Shown here: positions 7,428 through 13,808 of the stretch, piece by piece
Layout: the number at the start of each line of letters is the position of its first letter
How positions within the stretch are numbered: position 1 is the stretch's first letter
IMG/VR virus record: IMGVR_UViG_3300035128_000007
Source of the DNA: a virus
Reading direction: 5' to 3' (one strand)
Length of the DNA stretch: 43,791 nt
Position numbers and translations under genes: made by a program
The notes under the pieces: generated by a model
The model's input: only the letters and a program-made list of their open reading frames with translations
Told to the model about the DNA's origin: nothing
Databases searched by the model: none

Positions 7428-7758
7428 CTTGCTTAAACCGATATGTCATCCATTCCTTTGCATTCTTCAGGCGCGACAGATAATCCGCCTTTCTCATTTT
7501 GAGCATCTTCGCCTTATCTCCTTTATTCATCCCGGTTGTCAGATATTCAGAACATATGACCTTAACCATTAACGGGGCGGACTTATTCAGCTCGCATAGA
7601 TACGCCTCTACCTTCTCTGACAACTGGGACGGATCAGGCGTCCTGCCTCTTACTTTGTCCAATATCCCCAATATACAGACCGTCTCTAGATTAGGATATC
7701 CTCCGCGGTAGTCGCGCGCCCACTCCCTGAGCACATCATCTATCCAGTCATCTGTCAT
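7420..7758 (-). CDS. Putative late-gene regulator (antiterminator Q-like by position and C-terminal pattern)
   Basis: 112 aa. EKVEAYLCELNKSAPLMVKVICSEYL...KAKMLKMRKADYLSRLKNAKEWM resembles the HTH-like C-terminus of Q-family proteins. It sits directly upstream of the lysis and packaging genes. The assignment is weak. Confidence 0.35.
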   Translation of the reverse strand: MTDDWIDDVLREWARDYRGGYPNLETVCILGILDKVRGRTPDPSQLSEKVEAYLCELNKSAPLMVKVICSEYLTTGMNKGDKAKMLKMRKADYLSRLKNAKEWMTYRFKQDG

Positions 7759-7777
7759 CGTCTTTTCGGTCTATGTT

Positions 7778-7806
7778 TAAATAAAGCGCACCCAGTGGCT
7801 GTGCAA
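7778..7806 (-). promoter_or_regulatory. Candidate sigma70-type promoter upstream of the Q-like gene
   Basis: Minus strand TTGCAC (7806-7801), 17 nt, TATTTA (7783-7778). The -10 is weak. It lies in an 89-nt gap before the ATG at 7758. Confidence 0.25.
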
Positions 7807-7847
7807 TCATTCACCATTTGTCTCCATCCTGGCTCTCTACCCATACA

Positions 7848-8012
7848 CTAGTAGCACATAGCAACGATTGCTCTCTTTAGTGAAGAAGGATACGCGTCCG
7901 CTTTCTCATCTGGTGACATATTTGCGGATAGTCCTTCAGCAAGTCTCTTTTCACGCTTCTCTTTCGCAACTCTATGAGCCTTCTCAAGCGCCGCACTCAT
8001 ATCTTTACTCAT
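7848..8012 (-). CDS. Small hypothetical protein (54 aa; 59 aa if started at ATG 8027), hand-called
   Basis: GGAGG, 4 nt, then ATG. MSKDMSAALEKAHRVAKEKREKRLAEGLSANMSPDEKADAYPSSLKRAIVAMCY. It shares its 17-nt initiation region with gene 9159..9362. Confidence 0.45.
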   Translation of the reverse strand: MSKDMSAALEKAHRVAKEKREKRLAEGLSANMSPDEKADAYPSSLKRAIVAMCY

Positions 8013-8033
8013 AAAACCTCCAACCATAGTTTC

Positions 8034-9038
8034 TCAAAGCGGACCTCCTAACATCACCCACGCTAGCGCCGCTTGGAGCGGGACTTGCCCATTACCGAGC
8101 GCCTTAATTCTGTCCACGCGAGAGGCCACGCCATTAGCCACTCGACCCACGTCGGATTCAGTTGCCCACCATTCGCCTTTACCCCTACCGCTGTCGCTAA
8201 TCCGTCCCCGCTTGACTTGCTCGCTCCTACGCGATTGTAATTGCCATGTATTGTTGGTGTCGGCCAGGTCCCTCTCGCCTTGGCTGCGTTTCTGCTGTTG
8301 CTTCCACCATTCAATCCGCTGGTGGTCGGTGTCGGGAACATCTTCACCTGCGCCGACAGTTTCGGCTCTCCGCGACTGTTGTACTTTCCGACTTTTCTCT
8401 CCACCGCATCGTCTGCGACTGGAGTCTGCCACATTGCCGCCACATAGTCTGGTAAATCGTTGCTGCGCTTTGGATTCCAATATCGTTTCGATTGTGCTCC
8501 CCGATGATCGCCGTCTCGAGCTTGTGGTGTCGGCACGCCTTGCAAGCAACCACCATCGTTTCCGCCTGTGCGGAGCGCCCACGTCGACAGCTCCCAGCAC
8601 GCCGTGAGATCCCATGTAGCCCAGCCCGGCCAGTTCCCCGACGATGTGGGCCACCCGCTCACCTCCGTTCCAGGAAACAAGCCCAGGGACGTTTTCGAGA
8701 AAGACCCATTTTGGTTGTATCGTCCGAATGGTATCGAGCGTGATTGGCCACATGTCGCGCTCATCTTCCGAGCCCTTTCGACTTCCGGCAAGGCTAAAAG
8801 GCTGACAAGGGAATCCTGCATGGATGCAATCCACTCGTCCCGCCCAATCGGATGCAGGGAACAGCCTGGCGTCTCCTTCGAACACGTGCAATCCAGGAAA
8901 CCATCCATCTTCTGCTTTCTCTCTGAGAACTTCACAACAGTAATGATCCCACTCTATGGCTACCATAGGCTGGTGACCAAGTATCAGATCCGCAAGCATG
9001 CCGCCTCCAGCTCCGGCAAACATGTGCATGGTTTTCAT
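8034..9038 (-). CDS. DNA (cytosine-5) methyltransferase (frame anomaly in the central region)
   Basis: Motif I MFAGAGGG, motif IV GFPCQPFS, motif VI FLENVPGL, APHRRKRWWLLA, and C-terminal RIKALGNGQVP. The central ~145 codons are Arg-rich and unlike a TRD. The TRD-like WPTP motifs are in the +1 frame (see findings). Confidence 0.8.
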   Translation of the reverse strand: MKTMHMFAGAGGGMLADLILGHQPMVAIEWDHYCCEVLREKAEDGWFPGLHVFEGDARLFPASDWAGRVDCIHAGFPCQPFSLAGSRKGSEDERDMWPITLDTIRTIQPKWVFLENVPGLVSWNGGERVAHIVGELAGLGYMGSHGVLGAVDVGAPHRRKRWWLLARRADTTSSRRRSSGSTIETILESKAQQRFTRLCGGNVADSSRRRCGGEKSRKVQQSRRAETVGAGEDVPDTDHQRIEWWKQQQKRSQGERDLADTNNTWQLQSRRSEQVKRGRISDSGRGKGEWWATESDVGRVANGVASRVDRIKALGNGQVPLQAALAWVMLGGPL

Positions 9039-9042
9039 TCAT

Positions 9043-9162
9043 CTAGTCATCGTCTCGAGGATTCAATTTATTCATGGCGATACTCCAGAATACTGCAAAC
9101 GCCATAGCCCCACTGATCCACACCATGAGCCAAAATACTAAGTGCTCGAGCCATTCAATCAT
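9043..9162 (-). CDS. Small single-TM peptide (39 aa), hand-called
   Basis: MIEWLEHLVFWLMVWISGAMAFAVFWSIAMNKLNPRDDD. The ATG overlaps the upstream stop (ATGA). It ends 5 nt before the C5-MTase ATG. Confidence 0.35.
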   Translation of the reverse strand: MIEWLEHLVFWLMVWISGAMAFAVFWSIAMNKLNPRDDD

Positions 9163-9362
9163 GCCTTTTCCTCTACTATTCCATATTCACTATAATCATG
9201 CTTGCAACGATACCGGGTATTATCTTGCCTATTAAGGTATTTTACCGATTTACTGCAATGTGGTTCAGCGCTGTCTATCGATAGATACCGTTTGTCATGT
9301 GGCACAAACTCATGCTTTTGTTCGTTCTTGTTTGCCCAGAGTAAAATGTTTGAATTTGCCAT
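9159..9362 (-). CDS. Hypothetical protein (67 aa from second ATG)
   Basis: Track ORF 9159..9377. I preferred ATG 9362 because GGAGG lies 4 nt upstream. MANSNILLWANKNEQKHEFVPHDKRYLSIDSAEPHCSK... The segment is AT-rich. Confidence 0.5.
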   Translation of the reverse strand: MANSNILLWANKNEQKHEFVPHDKRYLSIDSAEPHCSKSVKYLNRQDNTRYRCKHDYSEYGIVEEKA

Positions 9363-9424
9363 ATTTCCTCCAACCATAGTTTCATCTAGACCTTTGCTGG
9401 ACCCCTATGGGACCAAGCGGCTTC

Positions 9425-9453
9425 ATTACCGCCCTGTCTCTACAGGCTGTTAA
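9425..9453 (-). promoter_or_regulatory. Candidate promoter for the small-ORF/C5-MTase cassette
   Basis: Minus strand TTAACA (9453-9448), 17 nt, GGTAAT (9430-9425). It lies about 50-65 nt upstream of the 9377/9362 starts. Confidence 0.3.
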
Positions 9454-9479
9454 TATTAAGCCTTAGAGAAAATTGGTCA

Positions 9480-9713
9480 TCAGCAAAGATACTGTCCAAA
9501 TCGGATGTCATTCCTTAACACGCCGACACGTCCCCTGGTCCAGCTACACTGGTTTTTCCTGGCGCCGGTCTCAAGCGCCTCTGGGCTGATGTACTGATAG
9601 GCCGGCGCGTTATCGTAGCCGTGGGGATACCCGTCACGGGGAATAAAGGCTTGACGCGGTTCGAGAGATTCGGTATGGTAGGATTCTCTCGGGAAGCGGC
9701 GGCAAACCATCAT
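9480..9713 (-). CDS. Hypothetical protein (77 aa), uncertain
   Basis: Track ORF MMVCRRFPRESYHTESLEPRQAFIPRDGYPHGYDNAPAYQY... with a weak SD (GGGAA). No homology recognised. Its start region is covered by the candidate antisense RNA. Confidence 0.35.
   Translation of the reverse strand: MMVCRRFPRESYHTESLEPRQAFIPRDGYPHGYDNAPAYQYISPEALETGARKNQCSWTRGRVGVLRNDIRFGQYLC
9651..9679 (+). promoter_or_regulatory. Candidate plus-strand promoter (antisense to the leftward operon)
   Basis: TTGACG (9651-9656), 17 nt, TATGGT (9674-9679). It is followed about 45 nt later by a plus-strand intrinsic terminator. Confidence 0.35.
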
Positions 9714-9754
9714 TCCCGAACAAAAGGCTCATCCATCGCGGGTGGGCCTTTTGT
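9686..9754 (+). ncRNA. Candidate ~70-nt antisense sRNA (two stem-loops plus U-tract)
   Basis: The predicted transcript has SL1 UCGGGAA(9689-9695)/UUCCCGA(9713-9719). A second hairpin pairs GGCUCAUCC(9726-9734) with GGGUGGGCC(9740-9748), fully paired with 2 G-U, then UUUUGU. It is antisense to the SD and AUGAUG of ORF 9480..9713. Confidence 0.35.
9722..9754. terminator. Hairpin flanked by A-run and T-run (bidirectional-type terminator; better paired on plus-strand RNA)
   Basis: aaaaGGCTCATCCatcgcGGGTGGGCCttttgt. On the minus-strand RNA the same stem carries two C-A mismatches. It lies 13 nt downstream of the stop of gene 9767..10072. Confidence 0.45.
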
Positions 9755-9766
9755 CTGTGCGGAGCA

Positions 9767-10072
9767 CTATACGTCATTTGGGAGGCTGGCGTCAACTGGC
9801 TCCTGGTCCTCCTTCTCTGGTGACCACCGACCGTCTATCTTCAGCAATGCGTGTGCCCACGGAAGACACCACTTGACCATGCTCCCTGTGGCAGTCGTAA
9901 TTTTCCTTGAGAATTTCACTATGATCCTGCCATCTGGTATATCATCTCCTGGAACAGGCCGAATGACCTCGCCAGACTTGCCCACGTCTGCTGGATTGCC
10001 TGTTTTTACCAGAATAACATGATCACCGGGACCCAGTAGCTTGCCGTTGATGTCTCTTGCCTCAGCGCTCAT
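9767..10072 (-). CDS. Hypothetical protein (101 aa; SH3/KOW-like beta-rich pattern)
   Basis: I preferred the internal ATG 10072 (AGGAGAAGacgag upstream) over the track start 10123. MSAEARDINGKLLGPGDHVILVKTGNPADVGKSGEVIRPV... Confidence 0.55.
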   Translation of the reverse strand: MSAEARDINGKLLGPGDHVILVKTGNPADVGKSGEVIRPVPGDDIPDGRIIVKFSRKITTATGSMVKWCLPWAHALLKIDGRWSPEKEDQEPVDASLPNDV

Positions 10073-10298
10073 CTCGTCTTCTCCTATAGCCACTTTCAGA
10101 CAGAACATCACCAGGGTAAACAACTTCCCAATCCTGGATGATATCGCTATTCCTAATTGAGGAAGGCGTTACTCCATGAGGAGCTGGGACAATGCACAAA
10201 TAGTCGTCATTAATACAATAGGCAGCTCCTGATCCACGCCATGTTACAGGTCGAAACCACTTCCCATTTGCAGCGATTAGAGCTTCATTCAGGGTCAT
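10062..10298 (-). CDS. DUF2829-like (Tad2-like) small protein
   Basis: MTLNEALIAANGKWFRPVTWRGSGAAYCI...SDIIQDWEVV matches my recollection of the DUF2829 pattern (M.F.EAL.A...GK...R..W.G.G ... D.L.EDWE.V). 78 aa. Confidence 0.45.
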   Translation of the reverse strand: MTLNEALIAANGKWFRPVTWRGSGAAYCINDDYLCIVPAPHGVTPSSIRNSDIIQDWEVVYPGDVLSESGYRRRRDER

Positions 10299-10375
10299 TT
10301 ATCTGGCCCAGTATGCCGCGGGCAGGTAGTCCAACACACGATCAGCGCGATGATAGCTATTGCTAGGTACTTCAT
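10295..10375 (-). CDS. 26-aa lipoprotein-signal-like micro-ORF, hand-called
   Basis: MKYLAIAIIALIVCWTTCPRHTGPDK. It has ATGA overlaps with both neighbours (10372-10375 and 10295-10298). LIVC is only a loose lipobox. Confidence 0.25.
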   Translation of the reverse strand: MKYLAIAIIALIVCWTTCPRHTGPDK

Positions 10376-10605
10376 GTCAACGCAGTCCTATGATATGCAT
10401 TAGCAGCCTCCATAAAGCTATCGCCATCATAAATATTTTGGTCTCCAAGAGTTACTTTATATCCTCCCGATAAACGGACCATGAATCTAAGTCTATCAAG
10501 ATATACACCATTGCCCTTTCTTGACACGCTCTCAGAAGCATATTCGATAAATTTTTCAGAGGCCCACATATCAAATTGCTTCTTTTTTATTATATTAATC
10601 GTCAT
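10372..10605 (-). CDS. Hypothetical protein (77 aa)
   Basis: The internal ATG 10605 was chosen to limit overlap with the upstream gene. MTINIIKKKQFDMWASEKFIEYASESVSRKGNGVYLDRLRFMVRLSGGYKV... AT-rich. Confidence 0.5.
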   Translation of the reverse strand: MTINIIKKKQFDMWASEKFIEYASESVSRKGNGVYLDRLRFMVRLSGGYKVTLGDQNIYDGDSFMEAANAYHRTALT

Positions 10606-11128
10606 TATCAAAATACTCCAGGTCGTCAAGAATAGCATCAAGGACGGATGCAATTCGCGAACTAGTGATCTCAGATAATTCACCAAGCACCATCCGCTTT
10701 AGCTCGAGATCACTGATCTGCGGGCGCTCGCTTTCACGGAGCTTCTGAAGCTCTGGCTTGATATCTTCCCAGTCTGGAAGTTCGGACTCTTCATCAGGCT
10801 CCGTAAATGGCACATATTTGAACGATTCCTCGATAACCTGTGCGCCTGTTGCGTCTGTTGCGTCTGCAAGTTGTGGCAATTCATTGGGGTGCTTATATGC
10901 ACCCGCAGACCCTGTGTCGTTATACTGGTCTTTCAGCGTCCAGCTAAACGGAGGCAACTCGCCATAATTGGTCGCCTCAACCTCGCCCCGCTCCTTCAAC
11001 TTGCTTACAGCCTTTGATACCTTGTTGGTGGGCTCGTCCAGATGCTCTGCTATCTCCTTCACGGTAGCCACGCTCAAATATCCCAGGGCATCACGTGCTT
11101 TCTGTAACATGCTTTTTTCAGTTTCCAT
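10595..11128 (-). CDS. Winged-helix DNA-binding protein with acidic C-terminal half
   Basis: METEKSMLQKARDALGYLSVATVKEIAEHLDEPTNKVSKAVSKLKERGEVE is a MarR/wHTH-like N-terminus. The C-terminus is D/E-rich. ATG 11128 overlaps the upstream stop (TAATG). Confidence 0.6.
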   Translation of the reverse strand: METEKSMLQKARDALGYLSVATVKEIAEHLDEPTNKVSKAVSKLKERGEVEATNYGELPPFSWTLKDQYNDTGSAGAYKHPNELPQLADATDATGAQVIEESFKYVPFTEPDEESELPDWEDIKPELQKLRESERPQISDLELKRMVLGELSEITSSRIASVLDAILDDLEYFDNDD

Positions 11129-11394
11129 TATTCCTTCTCCAACAAACAAACTTTAGGCCAATAAAGTCTTGACTTACGATTGCCTGGTTGCGTTACCAGG
11201 ACAATATAACTTTCATGGTCCCTGCCTAATCCACCGCCATAAGCACTGGTTGCGTTATATTTAATAATAAGCTCGTCTTCATTAGGCATTAATCCAGTCC
11301 ATATAACTTCCACGATAATGCCTCGTTTCGTCTTTTCATATCCTCCTGATTTGCTCGTCCATTTGACATGGTCACCTGCCTTAAATTTTCCCAT
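11128..11394 (-). CDS. Hypothetical protein (Tudor/SH3-like beta-barrel pattern)
   Basis: 88 aa. MGKFKAGDHVKWTSKSGGYEKTKRGIIVEVI... resembles the small Tudor-like domain family (DUF2945-like, from memory). Confidence 0.5.
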   Translation of the reverse strand: MGKFKAGDHVKWTSKSGGYEKTKRGIIVEVIWTGLMPNEDELIIKYNATSAYGGGLGRDHESYIVLVTQPGNRKSRLYWPKVCLLEKE

Positions 11395-11423
11395 TTCTTT
11401 CTGCCTCTATTTCTAACATTTGC

Positions 11424-11651
11424 TTAACGGCATTTTCTATTCCGATTCCTGAGTGACTCGTAATACTCAACAACACCAGGAGTAGTAATAAGAGATTGCA
11501 ACATATCAAACATTTCTACAGATATTTCTACCCCTATAGACTGCCAGCCATTTCTACTAAAGAACCATGTTCCAGCAGCAAATAATCCGCGATCTTCAGG
11601 CGCGCCAACACCAACTGAAATATACTGCTTGCCATTTCGTTTAGTAATCAT
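11424..11651 (-). CDS. Hypothetical protein
   Basis: 75-aa track ORF, co-directional with its neighbours, with an 11-nt overlap with the upstream gene. AT-rich. Confidence 0.5.
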   Translation of the reverse strand: MITKRNGKQYISVGVGAPEDRGLFAAGTWFFSRNGWQSIGVEISVEMFDMLQSLITTPGVVEYYESLRNRNRKCR

Positions 11652-11856
11652 GTTTTGGCTTCCTCACAGGCATAGACACGTGGCGTTCTGGTATTGAGAC
11701 CTCATAATCAACCATATATTTGTTATTTTCCGCGCGGTGCGAACCAATGCGTTCACCAATGATTCGAATCTTTTTCGCCAATTGCCTTGCTTCCACAATA
11801 TTCTCCGCCTTTATGACCGCATGTCCTTTTATCTCAACTTCATACGTTGGCATCAT
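11641..11856 (-). CDS. Hypothetical protein
   Basis: 71-aa track ORF. Its start overlaps the RusA stop (ATGA-type overlap at 11853-11856). Confidence 0.5.
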   Translation of the reverse strand: MMPTYEVEIKGHAVIKAENIVEARQLAKKIRIIGERIGSHRAENNKYMVDYEVSIPERHVSMPVRKPKHDY

Positions 11857-12305
11857 GGCTTCCTAACAGTGTGAGTGCATGGCATATCTTTCGCTGTGAC
11901 TGTTATGGCTACCCCAGGATTATCAGAATATCGCTTGCATATCCTCAAATCAGTTATCCTAGCGTCGTCTGTAATAACAATTCCGCTGATCGCATCTAGA
12001 GCGGCTTTTGCGATATTGTCTATATCTGGTTTCCCAGTGTGGCTTATAAACACTCCATGAGGCGTCACGAGTCTCTTTTTCCACTTCGGCCATGTATCAG
12101 GGTAAGGCATGTATGCCACGATTGTTACGTCCACTGGACAGTCAATCGGCTCCCTGCTTTTCATTTTTGCTTTGGCAACAACCTTTGCGGCCTCCTCCCA
12201 CTGCCTAGTTTTGATTGGAGTGTATGCGCGCCCTCTAGTAAAACGCGGGCGCCCCTTCCCTACAGGATCTCCATCTATCCTTAGAGTAATGGCAGTCATC
12301 TTCAA
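11853..12305 (-). CDS. rusA: RusA-family Holliday junction resolvase
   Basis: GDPVGKGRPRFTRGRAYTPIKTRQWEE..., GKPDIDNIAKAALDAISGIVITDDARITDL match conserved RusA motifs. Confidence 0.85.
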   Translation of the reverse strand: MKMTAITLRIDGDPVGKGRPRFTRGRAYTPIKTRQWEEAAKVVAKAKMKSREPIDCPVDVTIVAYMPYPDTWPKWKKRLVTPHGVFISHTGKPDIDNIAKAALDAISGIVITDDARITDLRICKRYSDNPGVAITVTAKDMPCTHTVRKP

Positions 12306-12529
12306 AGATATCCTTTGCCGTCACAATCAGGACAGACTGACTCTGGATTAGATCTTGATATGCCTCCTATCCGCTCATCAATAACACCAGTACCTTCACA
12401 TGTTTCGCATTCCGTATAATCTTCAAAAATTTGGCAGTTTATCCCACCGCAATCATTACACTCTGTGTGAGTAAGATCAGTTAAGGGACCGCGCCACGTT
12501 ACTAGTCCACCACATATTGAACATTTCAT
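12302..12529 (-). CDS. Zinc-finger protein with DnaJ-type CxxCxGxG repeats
   Basis: MKCSICGG...CNDCGG...CETCEGTG...CPDCDGKG. The internal ATG 12529 was chosen; the track start 12604 overlaps the upstream gene. Confidence 0.55.
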   Translation of the reverse strand: MKCSICGGLVTWRGPLTDLTHTECNDCGGINCQIFEDYTECETCEGTGVIDERIGGISRSNPESVCPDCDGKGYL

Positions 12530-12530
12530 A

Positions 12531-12713
12531 CTAATCCGATCCAAATATCTTGCACATTTCCTCAAACAGTTCCAGAATCTTCCGCTCCCTGTCAATAGGC
12601 TCAATTGTGGCTATCCTTATCCGCAAATTCCTGGCCATCGAGGCGAGCGTATTCAATTCCCTCTGTGCATGACTCATAGCGTCGTGGGCCGCGCGATAGT
12701 CTTCATTGCTCAT
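12531..12713 (-). CDS. Hypothetical protein (60 aa, helical)
   Basis: GAGGAGGGGatggtaATG. MSNEDYRAAHDAMSHAQRELNTLASMARNLRIRIATIEP... Confidence 0.5.
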   Translation of the reverse strand: MSNEDYRAAHDAMSHAQRELNTLASMARNLRIRIATIEPIDRERKILELFEEMCKIFGSD

Positions 12714-12936
12714 TACCATCCCCCTCCTCATAATATACACATGGTTTTTTCAATTCTTCTTTTCTGTTAATAAAACCTCCCTTCGGTTGTGGGGTCGAAG
12801 AAACAGGCGTCCAATACATCGAGGCAGGCAATTCCGTAATCACATATTCATACCTGCATACTCCGTCGCCGCCTGGGTGGAGCCTGCCATTCTTTGTTCG
12901 ATTCCATTCAGCATATATACACCCGTTACAGTTCAT
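12703..12936 (-). CDS. Hypothetical Cys-containing protein
   Basis: 77-aa track ORF MNCNGCIYAEWNRTKNGRLHPGGDGVCRYEY... with AGAGAGGTGAAGAT upstream of the ATG. Confidence 0.55.
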   Translation of the reverse strand: MNCNGCIYAEWNRTKNGRLHPGGDGVCRYEYVITELPASMYWTPVSSTPQPKGGFINRKEELKKPCVYYEEGDGNEQ

Positions 12937-13026
12937 ATCTTCACCTCTCTGTTTATCCTTATGACAATAACAGTCATTCGCTATATGATTCTTCAGAACA
13001 ACCGCCGAGGATTTACGCTTTCCGAA

Positions 13027-13323
13027 CTAGTATTCCCATTCCTTTCTTTCTGCCTTACATCCTTGTGATTCAAGCCAAGGAATCAATTTATCCTTGAAGC
13101 ATTTTGGGCATATATCGACTTTGTAATCTGTCCCCCATCCTTCTTCAGGATAAGTTTCTCCTTCTTTTTGCCTTACTGTTACCTCTACAACAGTTTCATT
13201 TACCTCATAAATAGAGCTATCCCACAACCCTTTTTTTGCTTCTGCTCCACACAAATCACATGTGGTTTTAGTCAAAACCTTTTGTTTCTTTGCTGGCACT
13301 TGGACTTCTTCATAATATCTCAT
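13027..13323 (-). CDS. Hypothetical zinc-ribbon-like protein
   Basis: 98 aa with a CDLCG ... CPKCF pair flanking a beta-rich core. Its start overlaps the upstream stop. Confidence 0.55.
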   Translation of the reverse strand: MRYYEEVQVPAKKQKVLTKTTCDLCGAEAKKGLWDSSIYEVNETVVEVTVRQKEGETYPEEGWGTDYKVDICPKCFKDKLIPWLESQGCKAERKEWEY

Positions 13324-13808
13324 ATTGATTTCTCCTTCTTAATACGTTTCACCGCAACCACCTTCTCCTTGCAATACTTTCGTTGCTCTTCCGACGAGAT
13401 GCCGCGGTACTTGATGGTTTCCTCGCATACCAGGCGGTACATATCTATCGGCTCTCCGCGCCACCTGCATCCATACTCCGTGGCCTCTACAACAAACTGA
13501 CGCTCCTTTGTCGTGAGCGTGAGAAACACTCTCAGAGCGGCCAAGAGACGCTCGTGGTAGGGTAGTATCCATCTGTGGCCCTGAGACCCAGCCAGCGGCG
13601 CCCTGCGCGGCCTCTCGTGTGAATACGGATCGCCCATCAAGCGGATAAACCACTGTGCTGCCTCTCTAGGCACCAACGGCATGGGCTCCGGCATCCTCCT
13701 TCCTCCTTCTCCATATGCCGAGAGATGCTCTGTGATCGTGTCTAGGACATCGGCTGGGCGCTGCTCCGCAGGCTTAGCCTTTGGGCGCTGGTCGTAGTCA
13801 GGCACCAT
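13320..13808 (-). CDS. Hypothetical protein
   Basis: 162-aa track ORF, preferred over the overlapping frame 13339..13653 (Arg/Gly-rich). No motif recognised. Confidence 0.55.
   Translation of the reverse strand: MVPDYDQRPKAKPAEQRPADVLDTITEHLSAYGEGGRRMPEPMPLVPREAAQWFIRLMGDPYSHERPRRAPLAGSQGHRWILPYHERLLAALRVFLTLTTKERQFVVEATEYGCRWRGEPIDMYRLVCEETIKYRGISSEEQRKYCKEKVVAVKRIKKEKSI

Noticed and set aside
8545-8935. Upstream part of track ORF 8063..8935 as an independent 290-aa gene.
   Set aside because: Its first ~130 residues (MKFSERKQKMDGFLDCTCSKETPGCSLHPIGRDEW...) are the out-of-frame reading of the well-conserved catalytic motifs I-VIII. Only the part downstream of ~8540 looks genuine (see the C5-MTase finding).
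9202-9453. 83-aa plus-strand ORF upstream of the candidate sRNA, which would have explained the plus-strand terminator.
   Set aside because: The translation (MQRYRVLSCLLRYFTDLLQCGSALSIDRYRLSCGTNSCFCSFLF...) is Cys/Leu/Ser-rich and antisense to a minus-strand gene with a strong SD. It also ends 270 nt before the terminator.
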